DNA of 15,317 bases from Octopus sinensis. Taxonomy: Eukaryota. Shown in pieces: positions 9,621-15,317 of the stretch. Positions within the stretch are counted from its first letter, which is position 1. Every line of letters starts with the position of its first letter. Below the pieces are notes generated by a model that searched no databases, had not been told where the DNA came from, and saw only the letters and a list, made by a program, of their open reading frames with translations. A program made the position numbers and the translations under genes. The stretch is from contig NW_021825581.1 of the NCBI RefSeq assembly GCF_006345805.1, positions 1-15,317 of the forward strand, given 5' to 3'.

Positions 9621-10556
9621 ATATACCAAAAACCAAGAGAGGCGAGAAGAACCAATGGATTTATGGTATGATTTGTTCGAGGTCCGAGAACCACAAGCGA
9701 AAGCGTTCGAGGTCCCAGAACCACAAGCAAAAGTGTTCGAGGTCCCAGAACCACAAGCAAAAGCAGAACCGACACGTAGGTGGAACAGGAAGAGAAAACC
9801 TACAGAAATGATGGAAATTAAAGCTAAGAGAAAAAGATATGCCAGTTTCTCACCGAGGAAATAAAATTGATAAATTCGAGTTTAAAAAACTCAAAAGGGG
9901 AGAGGTGTTGTGTGGACGCCCCCAGACGATGAAGTAGGCTAGCCCAATTCGTAGATATAGAAGGAGAAGCCTAGACGTCAAGAGAGGCGAGAAGAACCAA
10001 TGGATTTATGATATTTGTTCCAGGTCCCAGAACCTCAGGCAAAAGCAGAACCGACACTAAGGTCGAACAGGAAGTGAAAACCTACGGAATTGATGAAAAT
10101 GAACGCCAAGAGAAAAAGGTATGACAGTCTCTCACCGAGGAAATAAAATCGATAAATTCGGGTTTAAAAAACTCAAAGGGGTGAGGTGTTGTGTGGACGC
10201 CCCCAGACGATGAAGTAGGCTAGCCCAATACGTAGATATAAGGGGAGAAGCCTAGACGTCGAGAGAGTAGAGTAGAGTGAAGTGAGTAGGGGTCATCTGA
10301 ACGTGCGACATAAGACAATGTCACATGTCGAGCAAATTCCAGACCCAACATACCTCTGGTTATATATCTGATCCCATTTAGAGAAATAAATTAGACGTGA
10401 CATTGTCCGATGATTGCTTTATGACCCATTGACCGCAGACAGCTTAGCCACTTAAATCTGGTCAGCACTCCTTGTGTTTTCACTCTTTTCATGGATCCTC
10501 TAAATGGGAGAGGCAACCATATCTTGTATTTCCTTCTCTCTGATTTACCCGATCCA
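9621..10556 (+). mobile_element. 3' fragment of an LTR retrotransposon (probably Ty3/Gypsy): pol tail, polypurine tract and LTR start, duplicated in tandem
   Basis: The frame ends in a basic RR(S/W)NRKRKP...KRKRY motif typical of LTR-element Pol C-termini, then stops at 9862-9864. It is followed by the purine run AAAAGGGGAGAGG (9893-9905) and TGTTGTG (9906). The second copy has the purine tract at 10175-10186 and TGTTGTG at 10187. TATATA (about 10361) and AATAAA (10385) follow. The LTR right end is not resolved. Confidence 0.65.
9622..9864 (+). pseudogene. Remnant Pol/integrase C-terminal tail (YTKNQERREEPMDLWYDLF...RRWNRKRKPTEMMEIKAKRKRYASFSPRK*)
   Basis: Open frame from the SINE junction to a stop 41 nt before the LTR start. 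The paralog at 9979-10146 has a 4-bp deletion and an in-frame TGA at 10075-10077. Confidence 0.55.
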
Positions 10557-10607
10557 TACATACATACATACATACATAATACATACATGCATGCATATAT
10601 ATGCACA

Positions 10608-10972
10608 CTAGCGTTACCGTGTCGTCAAAAATGCCGACAATCTTATTAATGATACAAAATGGTGCGTCACCACAGTGGGAAAGAAAAGCATTGAAAATTG
10701 TCAGCGGTCTCGTAAATATATGAACATACACAGAACTGATGTACTTGATGAATCAGATAGGGTTGAAACAACTCAGTTAAAAATATCGTTCACATGAGAC
10801 AAGTGTGAATGTCTGGGTGTGTGTGTATATATATATATATGCATATAGATGGATAGACAGATAGATACATACATATATGATACACACATACACACACATA
10901 TATGTATACATACATATATATATAATTAATATATAAATGAATAAATATAAATATATAAATAATTAATATACT

Positions 10973-11017
<45 letters not shown>

Positions 11018-11646
11018 TATACACACACATACATGCATAAATATATATTTATATAGATAGATATTAGCAGGTAGTGATATATATATATATGAGTAAAACG
11101 CCCCCCCCCCCCGTCTAATGGAGGGTGCTGAATCATATCTGCTGAATAAAAACCAATCAGTGTTTCCTTTTCATTAGAAAATAATTAAGCATGCATTTAT
11201 TTCACTAAAATTTTGGGTTTTGTTAAACGAAGTTACGGCAAAAAAAAACTTCTTGAGAAACCAAATAGTCTTTCCTTCCTTCATGCCAAGTTTGAAGAAA
11301 ATATCTCTTTTGCATCTTACATTTTTGCTCTCTTAAATATACTGCATTTTGTGGCATTATTTCAAGCCAGCCGGCTTTTTTTGCGCAAACTGCACGTGCA
11401 TTTTTCTCGCGTACGTGTAGTATCGATCGCAGCAGCTGATGTACTTGCGCGTAGAAATGCACGTTTCCGCGGCTTTATCGGTCGCATTTTCACCTGGAAT
11501 GGATTTTTGTAATTGTTTCAAGACTTATACACGCCCTGATACCGTCGGTGTCTACATATCAAATTTGAACGCAATCAGATGGAGGATGCCCGAGATCCTG
11601 GAAGACACACACACACAGACAGACAGAACGGATTTTATATAATAGA
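10608..11646 (-). mobile_element. Non-autonomous Helitron-like element, about 1.04 kb
   Basis: The minus strand reads host A | TCTATTATATAAAATCCGTTCTGTCTG... at 11646 and ...CTAG | T host at 10608. A 20-nt hairpin (10620-10639, 7/8 pairs) lies 8 nt from the CTAG. There is no target-site duplication, and the flanks rejoin as continuous ATGCACA|TATGCAT low-complexity host sequence. Internal (TA)n/(CA)n tracts. Linking the two ends as one element is an inference. Confidence 0.62.
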
Positions 11647-11717
11647 TATGCATAATACACGCCTACATACATACGCACCTATATACATTCATGTGCACAC
11701 ATAGAAATTCAAAACAG

Positions 11718-11738
11718 ATAATAATAATAATAATAATC

Positions 11739-11812
<74 letters not shown>
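11718..11812. repeat. (TAA)n microsatellite, left flank of the LINE insertion
   Basis: Read directly. Confidence 0.95.
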
Positions 11813-12187
11813 TATAGTAAATGTGGAACCTGAAGACTAAAACAATACCTGTTGTCATAGGTGCCCTGGGAATGGTAGCAAAAGGGGCTGATTGCTACCT
11901 AACTCAGAAACCAGGAAACCCCAAAATGGCAGAAATTCAAAAGATAGTGCTCATGGGAACTGCTCATATCCTACGTAAAATACTTTCTATGTAATCTCAG
12001 GTTTTAAAACAAACATAATTTTCTTATGGTTTCATAAACATTCACTAGTACAACACTAAGTACAAAAACGAAATATATGGCACCCTAGGCATAACACCAA
12101 CATGAACTTCCAACATGTTGTCTCTTGAGGTCTCTGGGTGAGACTTGGAGCCAACTTGTACAAATGTAAAGCGAAAGTCAAACATAG
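11813..12187 (+). mobile_element. 5'-truncated R4/Dong-like non-LTR retrotransposon (REL endonuclease C-terminus + 3' UTR)
   Basis: Frame 11821-11994 (57 aa, absent from the ORF track) reads MWNLKTKTIPVVIGALGMVAKGADCYLTQKPGNPKMAEIQKIVLMGTAHILRKILSM*. PVVIGALG and QKIVLMGTAHILRK match the C-terminal pattern of R4/Dong-clade proteins. A ~190-nt 3' UTR runs directly into (TAA)n. Confidence 0.8.
11821..11994 (+). pseudogene. C-terminal remnant of an RT-REL endonuclease ORF
   Basis: Manual translation as above. The catalytic upstream part is missing because of 5' truncation. Confidence 0.78.
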
Positions 12188-12218
12188 AATAATAATAATA
12201 TGATATATAATCATAATC

Positions 12219-12252
<34 letters not shown>

Positions 12253-12338
12253 CATAATAATAATAATAAATAATATATAATAATGATGATGATGATGAGA
12301 TGATGATGAAATGAATGATGATGATGATTATGATGATG

Positions 12339-12372
<34 letters not shown>

Positions 12373-12462
12373 TGATGAGATGATGATGATGATGATGATG
12401 ATGATAATGATAATGATATAATAATAATAATAATAATAATAACACACAACAACACAAACAAC

Positions 12463-12520
<58 letters not shown>

Positions 12521-12523
12521 TAA
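12188..12523. repeat. (TAA)n/(TGA)n compound microsatellite, right flank of the LINE insertion
   Basis: Read directly. Confidence 0.93.
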
Positions 12524-12789
12524 AATGCAAATTTGAAAACAAAGGTGTAATGTCAAGCAGGTGTTAAACACTATTTATACAACAGAAGAGAACCAAGATA
12601 AGCAACGTTGAAATCAAGATTATCTCAAAGAACCTCGATCAAGCGTTGTCTGTCTTTGTATGTCTGAAACCAGTAGTGACATGATCCACAGACGTAGGAA
12701 TGAGTTAACACAGGAACGTTGACCTTTGTCGTTGGATCTGACTCAAATGTTGCGATTAATAGGAAGTTCGGCTCTTTAAAGAATAGTGA

Positions 12790-12871
12790 AATATTAGTTT
12801 CAAATTTTGGCACATGGCCAGCAATACTGGTGGTGGTGTGGGGATGGGGGTTAAGTCGATTGCATCGAGCC
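12790..12871 (-). mobile_element. 3' tail fragment of a family A SINE
   Basis: TTTCAAATTTTGGCACATGGCCAGCAAT...TTAAGTCGATTGCATCGA matches 1308-1372. Confidence 0.75.
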
Positions 12872-12989
12872 TGGAAGGTTTTGTTATGGGTTCAAGTACG
12901 TCTCAAGTATATTTGAAGTGGGAACAGGATTATATATGTACACATCACTACTTAACACTTCAACTCCATCCGTTGATCCGTTAACCCTT

Positions 12990-14443
<1,454 letters not shown>

Positions 14444-14740
14444 CTGACTGACGGATGTGATGTCTTTTCGGCTCCGAAGGTAATCATTTATTTTGACTAT
14501 TTAAAAGTGTATATTGACAAACATTTTTTGCTAAAAGTTGTACAACAACATCCACTGTAAACCTTTGATAAATATCGACACAAAATTTTGCCCCTTGTGG
14601 GCAAAATTTAAAGAAAAAATTCTCATAGCCTTCGTGGTTTCATTTAGCCATTTTATTTCCAAAATGGCCACTGGCCACCACGAGGCTGAGTCGCAAGTGA
14701 AGCGTGACGCAGAGAAACAGAAAAACAGGATGCCCTGTTA

Positions 14741-15317
14741 GCATACGCCGAACCTGACAACTCCACCACCACCAACAGCAACAAATACAAAACAAAGGTC
14801 GCAAGGCCAAGCACCGTCAACACCATCAGTGAGTCCACCACCACCACCAACACCATGGCAGAATCTGCTACTAAAACTGCTATCCCTACTAAAGATATCG
14901 CCACCAATAACATCACCATCACCGTCACCAAAGACCGTGCTGTCAATGCTACTAATACTACCAACACCACCGCCGTCACCAAGAACGACAATAACAACAA
15001 CAACAACGACGACGACAACAACAATTCCCTTCAACCACTGCTCACTCCATCACCAACAAGTGAAAAAATAACGACGACAAGCAAACGAAATGTCGAATTT
15101 TGCCCTAGTGCAGGACTAAAGTACGCAGGCAATTTTCCACCCCTCCTACTTACACGATCGAACCAAACACACCAATTTTACAAACTGCAGCCAACAACAA
15201 CATCACCACAAGCAACAACAATAACAAAACAACAACAAATTTCGCTGAGGCGATTAAAGAAAAAAAAACAACAATATACTTTACGGCTCAACAATTACAG
15301 GACACGAACATCAAAAT
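14741..15317. repeat. ACC/AAC-rich low-complexity tract
   Basis: Degenerate trinucleotide runs similar in composition to 5385-6032. Confidence 0.75.

Noticed and set aside
9915-9985. Hammerhead-ribozyme or Penelope pseudo-LTR interpretation of the tandem unit (CAGACGA...TAGGCT/AGCCTA...GACGTC)
   Set aside because: It lacks the invariant CUGANGA and GAAA cores. The purine tract plus TG start fits an LTR element better.
10346-10350. CAACA as the LTR right end (inverse of TGTTG)
   Set aside because: It would give a 164-bp LTR that excludes the downstream TATA/AATAAA-like signals and cuts through the inverted-repeat structure. The boundary is left unresolved.
11830-11836. CTGAAGA hammerhead core motif
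   Set aside because: It lies inside the LINE coding remnant, with no supporting stems or properly placed GAAA.
12586-12657. Possible 72-nt phase-0 exon (KRTKISNVEIKIISKNLDQALSVF) between CAG and GTATGT
   Set aside because: The pyrimidine tract is weak, the donor context is weak (TTT|GT), and I recognise no homology. It would need RNA-seq junction support.
14446-14490. Donor-like GAAG|GTAATC
   Set aside because: There is no plausible acceptor or start in the short unique stretch upstream.

Overview
Repeat-dense eukaryotic non-coding DNA. The SINE families and microsatellite load point to an octopus-like cephalopod genome (inference, no search run). No intact protein-coding gene is supported, and essentially all long ORFs in the track are translations of simple repeats. 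Supported content: (i) a cluster of tRNA-derived SINEs at 365-2143, including 184-bp tandem body multimers and one copy nested antiparallel in another with a 17-bp target-site duplication; (ii) large mini- and microsatellites (TG-anchored compound repeat, about 50 x 28 bp, ACC-rich, GA-rich, about 2 kb TATG, TAA, about 1.45 kb TATC); (iii) copies of a second SINE family; (iv) the 3' end of a probable Ty3/Gypsy LTR element, with its pol-tail/polypurine-tract/LTR-start junction duplicated in tandem; (v) a probable complete ~1.04-kb non-autonomous Helitron on the minus strand; (vi) a 5'-truncated R4/Dong-like REL-endonuclease LINE inside a (TAA)n array, the known target of Dong. One weak candidate host exon lies at 6927-7037. 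I found no convincing novel system; the most interesting observations concern transposon structure.
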